From contig JBFWVL010000001.1 of assembly GCA_050246755.1 (NCBI GenBank), positions 800,001 to 864,000 on the forward strand: a stretch of 64,000 nt of DNA, in the 5' to 3' direction. The notes under the pieces were generated by a model that was not told the DNA's origin, did no database searches, and was given only the letters and a program-made list of their open reading frames with translations. The DNA comes from Bacteriovoracia bacterium. Lineage in GTDB: Bacteria; Bdellovibrionota; UBA1018; CAIPTA01. Position numbers and translations under genes: made by a program. Every line of letters starts with the position of its first letter. The stretch's first letter is position 1. Shown piece by piece: positions 11,502 through 20,883 of the stretch.

Positions 11502-11845
11502 TTTTATTCTTTCTACTGATAGCACCTGCTTCCACTCTCTGCGCCGAACCGGAAATTATCGTTTCAGAGAAAACGCGGTATTCCGAGATTTGGTCCAAAC
11601 TGACGAAAGAAAATGGCAAATGGAATTGCGAAACAGAAATTCGCGGGAGCCTGCCATTGATTCGCACCTCAAAGTCTCCTGCGGCACTAGCCAAGCTGAA
11701 AGATTCTTCCGCTATAAATGCTCAAACCTGCGGCGGCAAAATCACGATCGTCCTTAAGGGCGGCAAAAAAAAATCCGGCTGTTCCTCCGACCCCGTTTGG
11801 CGGCGTACGATTGATATCTTAGACAATGAATGCGGCCGTAACTAG
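11489..11845 (+). CDS. Small secreted Cys-containing hypothetical protein
   Basis: Signal peptide MRAIILFFLLIAPASTLCA; overlaps the upstream stop; 4 Cys in the mature part. Confidence 0.65.
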   Translation: MRAIILFFLLIAPASTLCAEPEIIVSEKTRYSEIWSKLTKENGKWNCETEIRGSLPLIRTSKSPAALAKLKDSSAINAQTCGGKITIVLKGGKKKSGCSSDPVWRRTIDILDNECGRN

Positions 11846-11846
11846 C

Positions 11847-12590
11847 CTACCAAACCGTGATGACTAGGCGCCTCTTCGCATTCTTCACTCCGCGTTTCTC
11901 CAGCTCCGTAAATACCTGCTCGAAGAACGCTCTCGTGGGGCGATAGTGCCCGCTCGTGGAATTGACCGAGATCAACCTTCCCTGCCGGAACTCGAGCATG
12001 CCGGCCGAGGCCACCGGTAACCCCGACAAGAAACTGGAATGGTGCACGGCTTGCTCCGCGTGCCGGTTCATCGGGCCGGAGTAGAAATAAATTCTTCCTT
12101 CGGCGTCCATTACGAAAATTCCGGGCTCGCAATTTTTGGGAGCGCCCAGAGTGCGCACGCAGCTGTCCAGCAAACTTCCATCGGCACTTCGAAATAGGCC
12201 CTGTTCGTCTACCTTGATTTCCAGCTTTGCTCTCTCCTCCGGGCTGAAATAGCGAACCTTCAGTCTCGGCCCATTCGCCGTTTTTCCCCAGTGCTCACCC
12301 AGGTATTTTTCCCGCATCGTAACGGTGGCGTATCCCTTTTTGAGCTGGGCTCGCTGATTCCATAATTTCGCGATTTGTTTTTGCACCGATGCCAGATCGT
12401 GGCCATAGGCTTCATCGATGAGGAAGGTTTCGTACTGCGACTCTAGTTCCGCGATCTTCGTCTCGAGCTGCGCAATCGGATTGCTTACGAAGTTGCGGTA
12501 AGCGGTCTGGCAACTTTCCAGCCATCCTGCATGCGCGGGGATACCTGGTAGCAGGATCGCGATTAGCAGAATTTGAAGAAAGTGCTTCAC
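11847..12590 (-). CDS. Secreted protein with HHSSF...AG...SGHYRP domain (IQM-like / putative toxin domain)
   Basis: Signal peptide, short coiled coil, C-terminal IFVMD...HHSSFLSGLPVASAGMLEFRQGRLISVNSTSGHYRP. Confidence 0.7.
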   Translation of the reverse strand: MKHFLQILLIAILLPGIPAHAGWLESCQTAYRNFVSNPIAQLETKIAELESQYETFLIDEAYGHDLASVQKQIAKLWNQRAQLKKGYATVTMREKYLGEHWGKTANGPRLKVRYFSPEERAKLEIKVDEQGLFRSADGSLLDSCVRTLGAPKNCEPGIFVMDAEGRIYFYSGPMNRHAEQAVHHSSFLSGLPVASAGMLEFRQGRLISVNSTSGHYRPTRAFFEQVFTELEKRGVKNAKRRLVITVW

Positions 12591-12630
12591 CCGAGGCGTA
12601 TCGGTTTGGAGGAGGGTTTTCTAAAAATTT

Positions 12631-13158
12631 CTACGGATGCTCTTTATAGCTCTTCCGGTACTCGGCCACGTAGGAATGATAATTCCTCCAGCCCTTATCG
12701 ATCATCTCGGCTTGCTCTTCTTTGGTGAGCGCGCGCACCGCTTTCGCGGGAGAACCGAGGATCAAGTGGCCGGGAGGATATTTTTTTCCGGGAGGAAGAA
12801 GTGCGCCGGCGGCCACCACGGATCCCGCGCCCACTTCGGCGTGATCCAGCAAAATCGCGCCCATGCCGATTAGGCAGTCGTCGCCCACGGTACAGCCGTG
12901 CAGCAGGGCTTTGTGGCCGATCGTGACGCGTTTGCCGATCGTGAGCGGAGCGTAGCCGTTCGAAACATGGAGAACGGAACCGTCTTGCACGTTGGTGTAG
13001 TCGCCGATCTTGATGAAGTGCACATCGCCGCGGACCACGGCCTGGAACCAGATGCTCACGTGCTCACCGAGCGTAACGTCGCCCATTACATCGGCGGAGG
13101 GTGCTACCCAGGCGGTAGCGGCAATTTTTGGAGTAAGGCCAAAGCAAGAGGCGATCAT
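12631..13158 (-). CDS. Gamma-class carbonic anhydrase family protein (YrdA/PaaY-like)
   Basis: Hexapeptide repeats; RGDVHFIKIG, NVQDGSVLH, TIGHKALLHGC. Confidence 0.92.
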   Translation of the reverse strand: MIASCFGLTPKIAATAWVAPSADVMGDVTLGEHVSIWFQAVVRGDVHFIKIGDYTNVQDGSVLHVSNGYAPLTIGKRVTIGHKALLHGCTVGDDCLIGMGAILLDHAEVGAGSVVAAGALLPPGKKYPPGHLILGSPAKAVRALTKEEQAEMIDKGWRNYHSYVAEYRKSYKEHP

Positions 13159-14585
13159 TGGAGTACGGGTTCCCCCATGAGAGAAAAAGAATTTGCCGAT
13201 AGAATACGCACCGGCAGCACGCGGCCCACCAGCTGTTCAGGACTAGAAACGCCGCTGGGCAGAGTAAAATTCACTACGCGCGCGCCGGGCGTGCGCCCGA
13301 AGGCCACCTGCGGATCGGTTTTGGAAGGACCTTCGCACAGAATCTTTTCCACCCGGCCTACTTGCGCGAAGTTTTTCGCGCGTTGAATCGCCATTTGCGT
13401 GTCCATCAGGCGGGCGTGGCGTTCTTTCTTGAGTTCTTCGGGCACGGTGTCCCCGTATTTCAGCGCCGAGGTTCCCGGGCGGGGTGAATAGGTATAGCCG
13501 AACACATTGTCGTACTTAAGGCGGATCACGAGGTTCAGCGTGGCCTCGAAATCCTCGTCGGTTTCGCCAGGAAATCCCACGATCAAATCGGTAGTGATGG
13601 CGATGTCGGGAACGCGGCGGCGCAATTCCTCCAAACGCTCCACGTATTTCTCGATCGGCACGTAGCGCTTCATGCGCTTCAGCACGCGCCCCGAGCCGCT
13701 TTGCACGGGAAGATGGAGGTGCGGCGCTAAGCGAGAGAGCGTGGCATGGCACTCGATCATCTCTTCGTCGAAATCTTTAGGATGAGAGGTGGTGTAGCGG
13801 ATGCTATGGAGGCCGGGAGGCAACCCAGGGCGACCGGTAACTCCGCGGGCGTCCATATCATCGGCCATCGCCTGCAAGGCCCGCAGGAGGATGGGAAAAG
13901 TCTGGCCCTTCTTTTTTCCGCCCAAGGATTTCCCGAAGGAATTTACGTTCTGCCCCAACAAAGTAACTTCGGCCACTCCGCCGAGCACGAGACGTTTTAC
14001 ATCCTGCACCACTTCTTCCACCGAACGGCTTTTCTCGCGGCCGCGCGTAAAGGGCACGATGCAATAGGAGCAAAAATTATCGCAGCCCTTCATGATATTC
14101 ACGAGGGCGGTGGCCTTCCCTGGGAGAATTTTAGTCTCGAGGGAATAATCGTTGGCGGGATCAAAACCCACCTGCAAAATTTTCTCTTCGCCGCTTTCCG
14201 CGCGGAATAAAACTTCGGGCAGCTGATCGATCGAATCGGTGCCGATCACGAAATCGAGATGAGGGGCGCCCGTAAAAACTTCTTCTTTATCCTGCTGGGC
14301 CACGCAACCAGCGAACCCGATGCGAAGGTTAGGATTCGCTTTCTTGCCGTCTTTACGCAGAAGGCCCATCGCGGAATAGGCTTTTTGTTCCGCTTTATCG
14401 CGGATCGAACAGGAATTGAAAATCACGAGATCGGCTTGATTGATTTCCGGCGCGGCGGCGTACCCTTGGTCGGAGAGAATTGCCGACATCCTCTCAGTAT
14501 CGTGCATGTTCATCTGGCAGCCGAAGGTCTTGATGAAATATTTGCCCTTGGGAGCAGTTTCGGGGCCTGTGTCGCGCATGGTCAC
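13155..14585 (-). CDS. miaB: tRNA-2-methylthio-N6-dimethylallyladenosine synthase
   Basis: TFGCQMN, NSCSIRDKAE, GCDNFCSYC radical-SAM motif, HLPVQSGS, C-terminal TRAM domain. Confidence 0.95.
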   Translation of the reverse strand: MTMRDTGPETAPKGKYFIKTFGCQMNMHDTERMSAILSDQGYAAAPEINQADLVIFNSCSIRDKAEQKAYSAMGLLRKDGKKANPNLRIGFAGCVAQQDKEEVFTGAPHLDFVIGTDSIDQLPEVLFRAESGEEKILQVGFDPANDYSLETKILPGKATALVNIMKGCDNFCSYCIVPFTRGREKSRSVEEVVQDVKRLVLGGVAEVTLLGQNVNSFGKSLGGKKKGQTFPILLRALQAMADDMDARGVTGRPGLPPGLHSIRYTTSHPKDFDEEMIECHATLSRLAPHLHLPVQSGSGRVLKRMKRYVPIEKYVERLEELRRRVPDIAITTDLIVGFPGETDEDFEATLNLVIRLKYDNVFGYTYSPRPGTSALKYGDTVPEELKKERHARLMDTQMAIQRAKNFAQVGRVEKILCEGPSKTDPQVAFGRTPGARVVNFTLPSGVSSPEQLVGRVLPVRILSANSFSLMGEPVLQ

Positions 14586-14636
14586 CCTTATACAGGGAAA
14601 GGCCTAAGATGGAAACATTGACGCATTGCCCCGCAA

Positions 14637-15824
14637 CTAGTTGCTGGAACGCCACTTGGAGCGAGCGTCTTCCAGTAATTCCTCGGCACTAGACCCGGAA
14701 TCCGGGCCGGTGGTGAGGCTCCACAGGAAATTAAGGCTGGGCAGCGCGGTCCGCAGGGTAGCCAATAAACGAACCGCCACCCTTTCTCCCCCCTCGAGGT
14801 CACAATCGTCCATCAGCACCACGTACTCGCCGGTATCCTGAATCCAGAAAGCAGAATCGCTGGAACGAAAAAGGGCCTTCTGCAGTATCTGAAAGATTTC
14901 CAGCTGCTCATCCATTCCCGCGGAACTTCCCGGCTCTGGACGCAGCAAGAGAAGACTGAGCTTCGCCAGCGCGCCGATCGAAGTGGATAGGCGGTTATTG
15001 ATCACGAGATCCAGCTCATCGAGGCGCGAAAGCAGCGGCAGCGCAAAATGGAAACGCCAGCCTTTAGTGGCCTCTTCGCCCTTATCTGCCCAAATAAAAC
15101 CCTCGTGGGCGAGGAGGATTTCTTTGGCGATCGCGAGTTCCACGCCCAGGCCTTCGCGCACGCGCGTGTCGGCGTCGCGCCAGGGAGAGAAAGGCTCGAA
15201 AAGCTGTTCGAACGATTCGGGGCTTTCGCCGATCGAGGGAAGAGAGCTCTGCACCGTAACTACGAGGTACATTCCCGTTTTTTTATCGCGGGAAGAAAGC
15301 AGCCCGGGAGGAAGATCGCCCACACTCTCGAGGGAAAGGCGAACGTTCACTTCGCCGGACTGTCCCGGCGGCAAAACTCCGTTATTGGAAAATTTGGCGG
15401 CGTTCATTACCAGGCTGTCGAACACGTGCGCCAGCCGGCGAATATCCCCGCATACGTGAGGCACGTCTTCCTCGAGTTCGTACTGGAGCTTAAAGCCCAC
15501 GCGCTCCAGTTGCGCCTGCAGAGAAGATTTGCGGGCGAAGAGAAAATTGCGCAGATCAAATTCACTGAGACGAACGCGCAGAGTGCCGGCGTCTACGCGA
15601 GAAATTTCCAGAAGGTTTTCCACGGTTTTTCGCAAGCGCTCGGCATTGCGACGGATCATGGGAATGAACTCGCTCTCCTTGGGATAACGTTCTTCTAGGA
15701 TCGTTATGGCGTTGATGATGCCCGTGAGCGGAGTATTTAGTTCGTGCGAGACCACCGAGAGCAAATTACTGCGAAACTGTTCCTGATCATCGCCTCCCGA
15801 CGGAGGACTCCCCTTAGTCTCCAT
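14637..15824 (-). CDS. Sensor-less histidine-kinase-like protein with C-terminal degenerate GGDEF-like domain
   Basis: H-box SVVSHELNTPL and N-box SLVMNAAKF; G boxes eroded; tail FRSSDSAFWIQDTGEYVVLM resembles a GGDEF fold; ATG 15824 overlaps the upstream gene end (ORF track start 16001 rejected). Confidence 0.75.
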   Translation of the reverse strand: METKGSPPSGGDDQEQFRSNLLSVVSHELNTPLTGIINAITILEERYPKESEFIPMIRRNAERLRKTVENLLEISRVDAGTLRVRLSEFDLRNFLFARKSSLQAQLERVGFKLQYELEEDVPHVCGDIRRLAHVFDSLVMNAAKFSNNGVLPPGQSGEVNVRLSLESVGDLPPGLLSSRDKKTGMYLVVTVQSSLPSIGESPESFEQLFEPFSPWRDADTRVREGLGVELAIAKEILLAHEGFIWADKGEEATKGWRFHFALPLLSRLDELDLVINNRLSTSIGALAKLSLLLLRPEPGSSAGMDEQLEIFQILQKALFRSSDSAFWIQDTGEYVVLMDDCDLEGGERVAVRLLATLRTALPSLNFLWSLTTGPDSGSSAEELLEDARSKWRSSN

Positions 15825-16140
15825 TGATCCTTTCCACGCGCAGGATCCAGGCGTCGCCGGTAGGATCATCTTCGATGAGGCCGGGCTGCTCGCGAATCTC
15901 CCTATTGCTCTCCACGATACGAAGCGAAAAGGGAGCCGTGATCTCCACGAGGGAATTTTTCCCTTGGATCTCGCCGATCCAATCACCCTCTTCAAATTCA
16001 TCGCCCACGTCGGAGAGATCGAGCGCTTGAATCGTACCGGCCGAATCCAGGGCCTCCTGGGTTACGCCCACCAGGAAAAGTGATTCGCCTTCTTCAATCC
16101 GCCAGAGTAAGCCTTCTTTGAATTCAGTCAGAGGTTTCAC
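15814..16140 (-). CDS. Glycine cleavage H-like (lipoyl-domain) protein
   Basis: LVGVTQEA, VGDEFEEGD, ITAPFS..IVESN, IEDDPTGDAWI follow the GcvH pattern. Confidence 0.8.
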   Translation of the reverse strand: MKPLTEFKEGLLWRIEEGESLFLVGVTQEALDSAGTIQALDLSDVGDEFEEGDWIGEIQGKNSLVEITAPFSLRIVESNREIREQPGLIEDDPTGDAWILRVERINGD

Positions 16141-16400
16141 TTTTTACCCTTTTTCTTTCCGCTACGGCCTTTCGGCACTAAATCTACCTTCGCTTCGATA
16201 CGTAAGGAATATCCCCTGAGCACGTGATCTACCAGCCGCTGAAAATCCACTTTCGAAAGCACCCGCGAAACTTCTTTGGCGAAAATCGCGAGCGCACCCT
16301 CGCGCAAATTCTCTACGTTGGTTACCACTCCGCCGAGCGGAACCTTCCGCAGCACATCGCCGATCATTTCCTGCGCGCTTCGGCGTTCTTTGCGGTTCAT
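16137..16400 (-). CDS. Small hypothetical protein (87 aa)
   Basis: ATG at 16400 overlaps the upstream TGA (ATGA) and its own stop overlaps the next start; basic C-terminal tail. Confidence 0.65.
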   Translation of the reverse strand: MNRKERRSAQEMIGDVLRKVPLGGVVTNVENLREGALAIFAKEVSRVLSKVDFQRLVDHVLRGYSLRIEAKVDLVPKGRSGKKKGKK

Positions 16401-16855
16401 TTCTTTTTGCCGCCTTTCGCGGGCTTCTTCTTCGCGTTCTTTTTCGCTCTTTCTTCGAAAGCCTTCATCATCGCGGGTAACTGCGTGCTGGTGAGGCCGT
16501 TCACGATCGATTTTGGCACCAATAAGGGAAAGCCGACATCCACCGTATAAGTAGCCTTCACTTGGTCGTCGCCCTCGGCTTCGAGATCCCAACCGCCGTC
16601 GTTCGATTTAAAAAATTCTCCCTCGATCATGGTCCATTTCAGGCCTTTTTTCGGGTTCTCGGTATGCTTGAGGGTATAGCGCACTTTCTTGCCGAACATG
16701 CTCACCACGTATTCGGCCCAGGTATTCTTACCCTCTTTTTTGGTAACTTCGATCGATTCCAGCCCCTCCACGAAATCGGGATAGGATTCGTAGTCGGTGA
16801 TTACCTCCCAGAGGGCATCCAGGGAAACGTCCATTACGAAAGTGTGTTTTGACAT
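16397..16855 (-). CDS. SRPBCC / polyketide cyclase (Coq10/RatA-like) protein
   Basis: LWEVITDYESYPDFV, FKSNDGGWDL, C-terminal helix. Confidence 0.85.
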   Translation of the reverse strand: MSKHTFVMDVSLDALWEVITDYESYPDFVEGLESIEVTKKEGKNTWAEYVVSMFGKKVRYTLKHTENPKKGLKWTMIEGEFFKSNDGGWDLEAEGDDQVKATYTVDVGFPLLVPKSIVNGLTSTQLPAMMKAFEERAKKNAKKKPAKGGKKK

Positions 16856-16864
16856 CGCTGTTCC

Positions 16865-17818
16865 TCAATACTTCGGTTTCTTATCAAAGCGGTGCGTGGT
16901 GCGCACTTCGCGCACGGTGCCGGTTTCAGAGCGCATCACGATCGAGTGCGTTTCCGCACCGCCGGGCATGAAGCGCACGCCGCTGAGAAAACTTCCCTGC
17001 GTAACTCCCGTGGCGGAGAACATCACGTTGCCTTTGGCCATTTCCTCGAGCTGCCATACTTTATTGAGATCGCCGATGCCCATCTTCGTGGCACGGGCCT
17101 TCTCGGCTTCATTCCGGAATTTCAGGCGGCCCTGCATATTACCGCCGATGCAGCGAATGGCTGCCGCGGCGATCACGCCCTCGGGTGCGCCACCGGTGCC
17201 CATCAGCACGTCCACGCCGGAGTTTGGCATACAGGCCGAAATGGCGGCCGAAACGTCACCGTCGCCGATCAACCAAATACGCGCGCCCGCCCGGCGCACT
17301 TCCGCGATCAGATCCGCGTGGCGCGGCCGGTCCAGAATCACCACCGTGAGATTCTCCACGAGGGTTTTCTTCGCCTTCGCGATCTCTTTCAGGTTCTGCG
17401 TGGGGGTATTCGAAAGATCGATCGCGTCGGCCGCCTCGGGGCCAACCGCGATTTTCTCCATGTAAGTATCCGGCGCGTGGAGGAAATGACCTTCGTCCGC
17501 GATGGCGATCACCGAAATGGAATTATTTCCGCCATTGGCGCAAATGGTGGTTCCCTCGAGCGGATCCAGCGCGAGATCCAGGCGCGCGCCCTTTCCATTG
17601 CCCACTTTCTCACCGATATAAAGCATGGGAGCTTCGTCGCGCTCCCCTTCCCCGATCACCACGCGCCCATCGAAATCGATGGAGTTGAACATTTTGCGCA
17701 TCGCCGTAACGGCCGCTTGGTCGGCTTGCTTTTCATCGCCGCGCCCCATGAGACGGGCACTTTCGATGGCGGCCATTTCGGTTACTCGCACGAACTCTAG
17801 CGCGTAATTTCTATCCAT
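16865..17818 (-). CDS. glpX: Class II fructose-1,6-bisphosphatase
   Basis: VRVTEMAA, VIGEGERDEAPML, DPLEGT, GDGDVS, GGAPEGV, FSATGVT. Confidence 0.97.
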   Translation of the reverse strand: MDRNYALEFVRVTEMAAIESARLMGRGDEKQADQAAVTAMRKMFNSIDFDGRVVIGEGERDEAPMLYIGEKVGNGKGARLDLALDPLEGTTICANGGNNSISVIAIADEGHFLHAPDTYMEKIAVGPEAADAIDLSNTPTQNLKEIAKAKKTLVENLTVVILDRPRHADLIAEVRRAGARIWLIGDGDVSAAISACMPNSGVDVLMGTGGAPEGVIAAAAIRCIGGNMQGRLKFRNEAEKARATKMGIGDLNKVWQLEEMAKGNVMFSATGVTQGSFLSGVRFMPGGAETHSIVMRSETGTVREVRTTHRFDKKPKY

Positions 17819-17836
17819 TATTCTCTTCCTCGGGGC

Positions 17837-18508
17837 CTACGTTTTATCTTTTAGAAAACTGGCCAAACGGTAGTCCAACACTTCGGCGTGCTCAAGCACT
17901 TTCCGAACCATATCACGAGTCTTGGGATCGGGGGTAACATCGCGACTCAAAGTTACTTTGTCGCCTTCTTCGCGCTGCACCTCACCGGTGGAAACGCTCC
18001 CGCCCGCTTCCCATTCCCAAAACTTTCTTCCCAGGCAAAAGAGGGCGCGACTCAAGCCACCGCGCTGGTCGTTCCAAAGAAATAAATCGGTGGCGGAATC
18101 GCCGTGATACCAAGCCGACATTCCCTGCAAAAAGGCCTCGGGCGCGCCTAGCTTATCCACGATCTTCAGCGAGCGGCCGATATGCAGAGGATCTACGAAA
18201 GATTGAATCAGCTCTTGCTGCTCGGCTGAAAGCTCCTCGAACAAAAAGCCTACCGACCAAGCGCTCGTGCGTTTCACCCTCATCTTTACCTGCATCGACT
18301 CTTGGCCAAGCTTAAGCTCCGCTTGGCATTCCGCCCCCACGGGAAAGAGCAGCGATTCGCTGAACTCCAGCAGGCTGATGCCGAGCCCGCGCAGTGAAAT
18401 ATCACGGACGGCGAAGATCTTTTCGAGGTCTTCGAAGATGAATTTCATTTTCTCTTTTGGAAGAGGAAACCGGGGGACGATACGTTGCTCACTTGATTCG
18501 GGTGCCAT
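17837..18508 (-). CDS. PilZ-domain protein
   Basis: RIVPR (RxxxR) and DISLRG (DxSxxG) c-di-GMP-binding motifs; additional C-terminal domain. Confidence 0.8.
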   Translation of the reverse strand: MAPESSEQRIVPRFPLPKEKMKFIFEDLEKIFAVRDISLRGLGISLLEFSESLLFPVGAECQAELKLGQESMQVKMRVKRTSAWSVGFLFEELSAEQQELIQSFVDPLHIGRSLKIVDKLGAPEAFLQGMSAWYHGDSATDLFLWNDQRGGLSRALFCLGRKFWEWEAGGSVSTGEVQREEGDKVTLSRDVTPDPKTRDMVRKVLEHAEVLDYRLASFLKDKT

Positions 18509-18571
18509 GGTGAAAATTTTAACAGAAAGTAGTCAGCGATCGTAGTATTCTAGCCTTCGACCCACTGAGTT

Positions 18572-19603
18572 ATGATTAGCGCACTTATTAGTCTGGCATT
18601 CTTACTTCTCTTTTCCGAACTTGCTTCGGCCAATTTCAAACGCCTTGCGCCAGTGCTCGAAGCTTGGGAACAAGCGCGCCGCAATCCCACGCTTAGCGGC
18701 ACCGAAGCTAACCCTTTTCCGTGGCTGGGTGGCTGGGAAAAATTAGCCACGTTATTTTGGGCGGTGGGAGTCTCGATTCCTCTCCTGGCATTTGCGAGCG
18801 CTTGCCACCTGTTCCTGAACGATTCGGTGAAAGCCCAAAATCTTATTCTCGGCTCCACCATGGGCACCAATGTAATCGGGCTTAGTTTAGCCTTCGGATT
18901 CATCCTGCTCTCCGGCCCGCTTACTTTCTTCCGCCTCCGCACCGTAACCAGCCCGATCTTTCTCCTCCTGGCCACCGTGATCTTCGCCTACGTGTGCCTC
19001 AACCGCCGGGTCGGGATTTTTGAAGCCACCATCCTGCTTGCGCTCCTCACCGCCTACGCATTTTATTTCCGCCGCTTTTCGAGTGAGTGGAAGCACTACG
19101 AACGCGCCTTCTCCGGCCTTTCCCTGATCGAATCCGCCGAAGGACTCCTTCCCGTAGTGGCCATGCTCTGCATGGGCGTAGGTTTTTTTCTGCTGGCAAT
19201 TTTAGTGGCTTACCCATTCGTGAGCGCACTCGATCGCTTTCCTTTTCCGGAAAGCAGTAATTGGTTCCGCGTGGGCGCCCACTTCGTGGCCTTCGCCCTT
19301 TCCCTCCCCTGGCTCGTACGCTGCCTATATTCCCTAAAGGGCGGGAGTACCTCGAAAGCGGTAACCACCACCAGTATTAGCCATGCCTGCCTCCTGAACG
19401 TGCTCCTCGTGCCCGCCGTGGCTTCTTTCCTGGGGATGCGTGATCTCTCGGAGCTTCTGCTCTCGTTTTATCTGCCCGTGCTGCTGATTTTTACCGGAAT
19501 CTTTGTGTCCGCGCTGCTGATCGAAAAAGAAAAAGGCGGACGCCTCCCCTGGGTTCTGATCCTTGCCTATCTGGTGTACACTGCCTTAGGCATCTTTCAT
19601 TAA
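18572..19603 (+). CDS. Divergent Ca2+/cation antiporter (CaCA/YrbG-like) membrane protein
   Basis: About 10 TM segments with internal duplication; alpha-repeat-like GVSIPLL / GSTMGTN and ALSLPWL. Confidence 0.6.
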   Translation: MISALISLAFLLLFSELASANFKRLAPVLEAWEQARRNPTLSGTEANPFPWLGGWEKLATLFWAVGVSIPLLAFASACHLFLNDSVKAQNLILGSTMGTNVIGLSLAFGFILLSGPLTFFRLRTVTSPIFLLLATVIFAYVCLNRRVGIFEATILLALLTAYAFYFRRFSSEWKHYERAFSGLSLIESAEGLLPVVAMLCMGVGFFLLAILVAYPFVSALDRFPFPESSNWFRVGAHFVAFALSLPWLVRCLYSLKGGSTSKAVTTTSISHACLLNVLLVPAVASFLGMRDLSELLLSFYLPVLLIFTGIFVSALLIEKEKGGRLPWVLILAYLVYTALGIFH

Positions 19604-19616
19604 AATCGGGGAAAAA

Positions 19617-20228
19617 ATGGCGCAACAGCAGACCAGGCAACCCACCGACGCTCTCACCTTCGACACTCCTCCCAACCGACTAACGCTCCTACGAATGCTG
19701 GCCGTGCCCGCCGTAGTTTATTTCCTCTCCTGGCGCACCCCGAACGGCGATATCTACGCTTGCATCACGTTCGCCTTAGCGGCCATCACCGACTGGTTCG
19801 ACGGCTACCTCGCCCGCGCTTATCAATCTGTGACCATCTTCGGAAAATTGATGGACCCCTTGGCCGATAAGTTCTTGGTGGTTTCCACCCTCATCATGCT
19901 CCAGCAGCTCGGGCGCATTCATCCCTACTTGGTAATGGTGCTAATCTGCCGGGAAATGGGAATCACCTCTTTAAGGGCCTTAGCTAGTGCCGAGGGCGTG
20001 ATTATTCCGGCGGGCACCGGAGGCAAATGGAAGGCCGCGCTGCAAATGATCGCCATTCCCTTTTTGATCATTTACGTGCCCCTGTTCAATACGATTTCCA
20101 CGGATCTCGTTGGGACGGTGCTCATGTACGTGTCGGTGGCCCTATCTTTGACCAGCGCGTCAACCTACGTGATCGATTTCTTCCGCGGACTCAAAGAAAA
20201 GCTGAAGGCAAAGCAGCAGAAGTCTTGA
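19617..20228 (+). CDS. pgsA: CDP-diacylglycerol--glycerol-3-phosphate 3-phosphatidyltransferase
   Basis: PNRLTLLR, TDWFDGYLAR...FGKLMDPLADK; followed by tRNA-Gly as in the conserved pgsA-glyW arrangement. Confidence 0.96.
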   Translation: MAQQQTRQPTDALTFDTPPNRLTLLRMLAVPAVVYFLSWRTPNGDIYACITFALAAITDWFDGYLARAYQSVTIFGKLMDPLADKFLVVSTLIMLQQLGRIHPYLVMVLICREMGITSLRALASAEGVIIPAGTGGKWKAALQMIAIPFLIIYVPLFNTISTDLVGTVLMYVSVALSLTSASTYVIDFFRGLKEKLKAKQQKS

Positions 20229-20254
20229 CGAAATACCCCCCAAACCCGTAAAAC
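20225..20254 (+). promoter_or_regulatory. Possible sigma-70 promoter for tRNA-Gly
   Basis: TTGACG-N18-TAAAAC about 40 bp upstream of the tRNA; the -35 overlaps the pgsA stop. Confidence 0.4.
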
Positions 20255-20292
20255 GGTCACTCCTTCGTGGAGCCAAAGCGAGGGTTAGGAGT

Positions 20293-20369
20293 GCGGGATT
20301 AGCTCAGTTGGCTAGAGCGTCTCGTTGCCAACGAGAAGGTCGCCAGTTCGAATCTGGTATCCCGCTCCA
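20293..20369 (+). tRNA. tRNA-Gly (GCC)
   Basis: Cloverleaf GCGGGAT...; anticodon arm TCTCG-TTGCCAA-CGAGA; T loop GTTCGAAT; encoded CCA. Confidence 0.97.
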
Positions 20370-20377
20370 AACAAACG

Positions 20378-20411
20378 ATCCGGCGGACCCACAGGGTTCG
20401 GCGGATTTTTT
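20378..20411 (+). terminator. Probable intrinsic terminator after tRNA-Gly
   Basis: Imperfect hairpin ATCCG-G-CGGACCC-ACA-GGGTTCG-G-CGGAT followed by a T-run. Confidence 0.6.
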
Positions 20412-20883
20412 GTTTTGGGGCTGTGCGCCCGCAGGGTGGGCGGATTTTTTATGATAACGATCCCGAACTCATCGACTTCCCGAGCCCCCCACCAAGACGC
20501 CATCACTTTACGCAAAACCACGTTTGCCGCCCCGAGCAGTTTCAATGCGATGGAAAAAAATCGCTCGACCACAAATCGATATCTACAAGTTTCTTTTTCA
20601 ATGAATCTTTCAGAGAAATATTTAGATTCGGCGCCTTCACTCTAAATCCCCATTTCGGGCCGCTCTGTGCATTGATAGCTTTGTGCTCTCCAAAATTCGG
20701 AATAAATTGAATGTGGACAGCGCTAAAAGAGGCCTGCCAAAGAGGACCTACGTATACACAAGAAAAAATATAGAAAACATAAAGCAGGAAACCAATCCCA
20801 GAAGTAGCCAGCTTTTTCAGGTAAGCTCAGGGCCCCTATAGTTTGTTGAAGGGAGGCTTGTTCGGTACAATGCCACTATCCCA

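Noticed and set aside
15825-16001. N-terminal extension of the histidine kinase in the ORF track
   Set aside because: Overlaps the GcvH-like gene; ATG 15824 gives a normal short overlap
16892-17800. 302-aa ORF antisense to glpX
   Set aside because: Shadow frame typical of strongly biased codon usage; no recognisable motifs; glpX explains the region
20312-20710. Short ORFs overlapping tRNA-Gly and its terminator
   Set aside because: They overlap a structural RNA and lack an RBS or protein-like features
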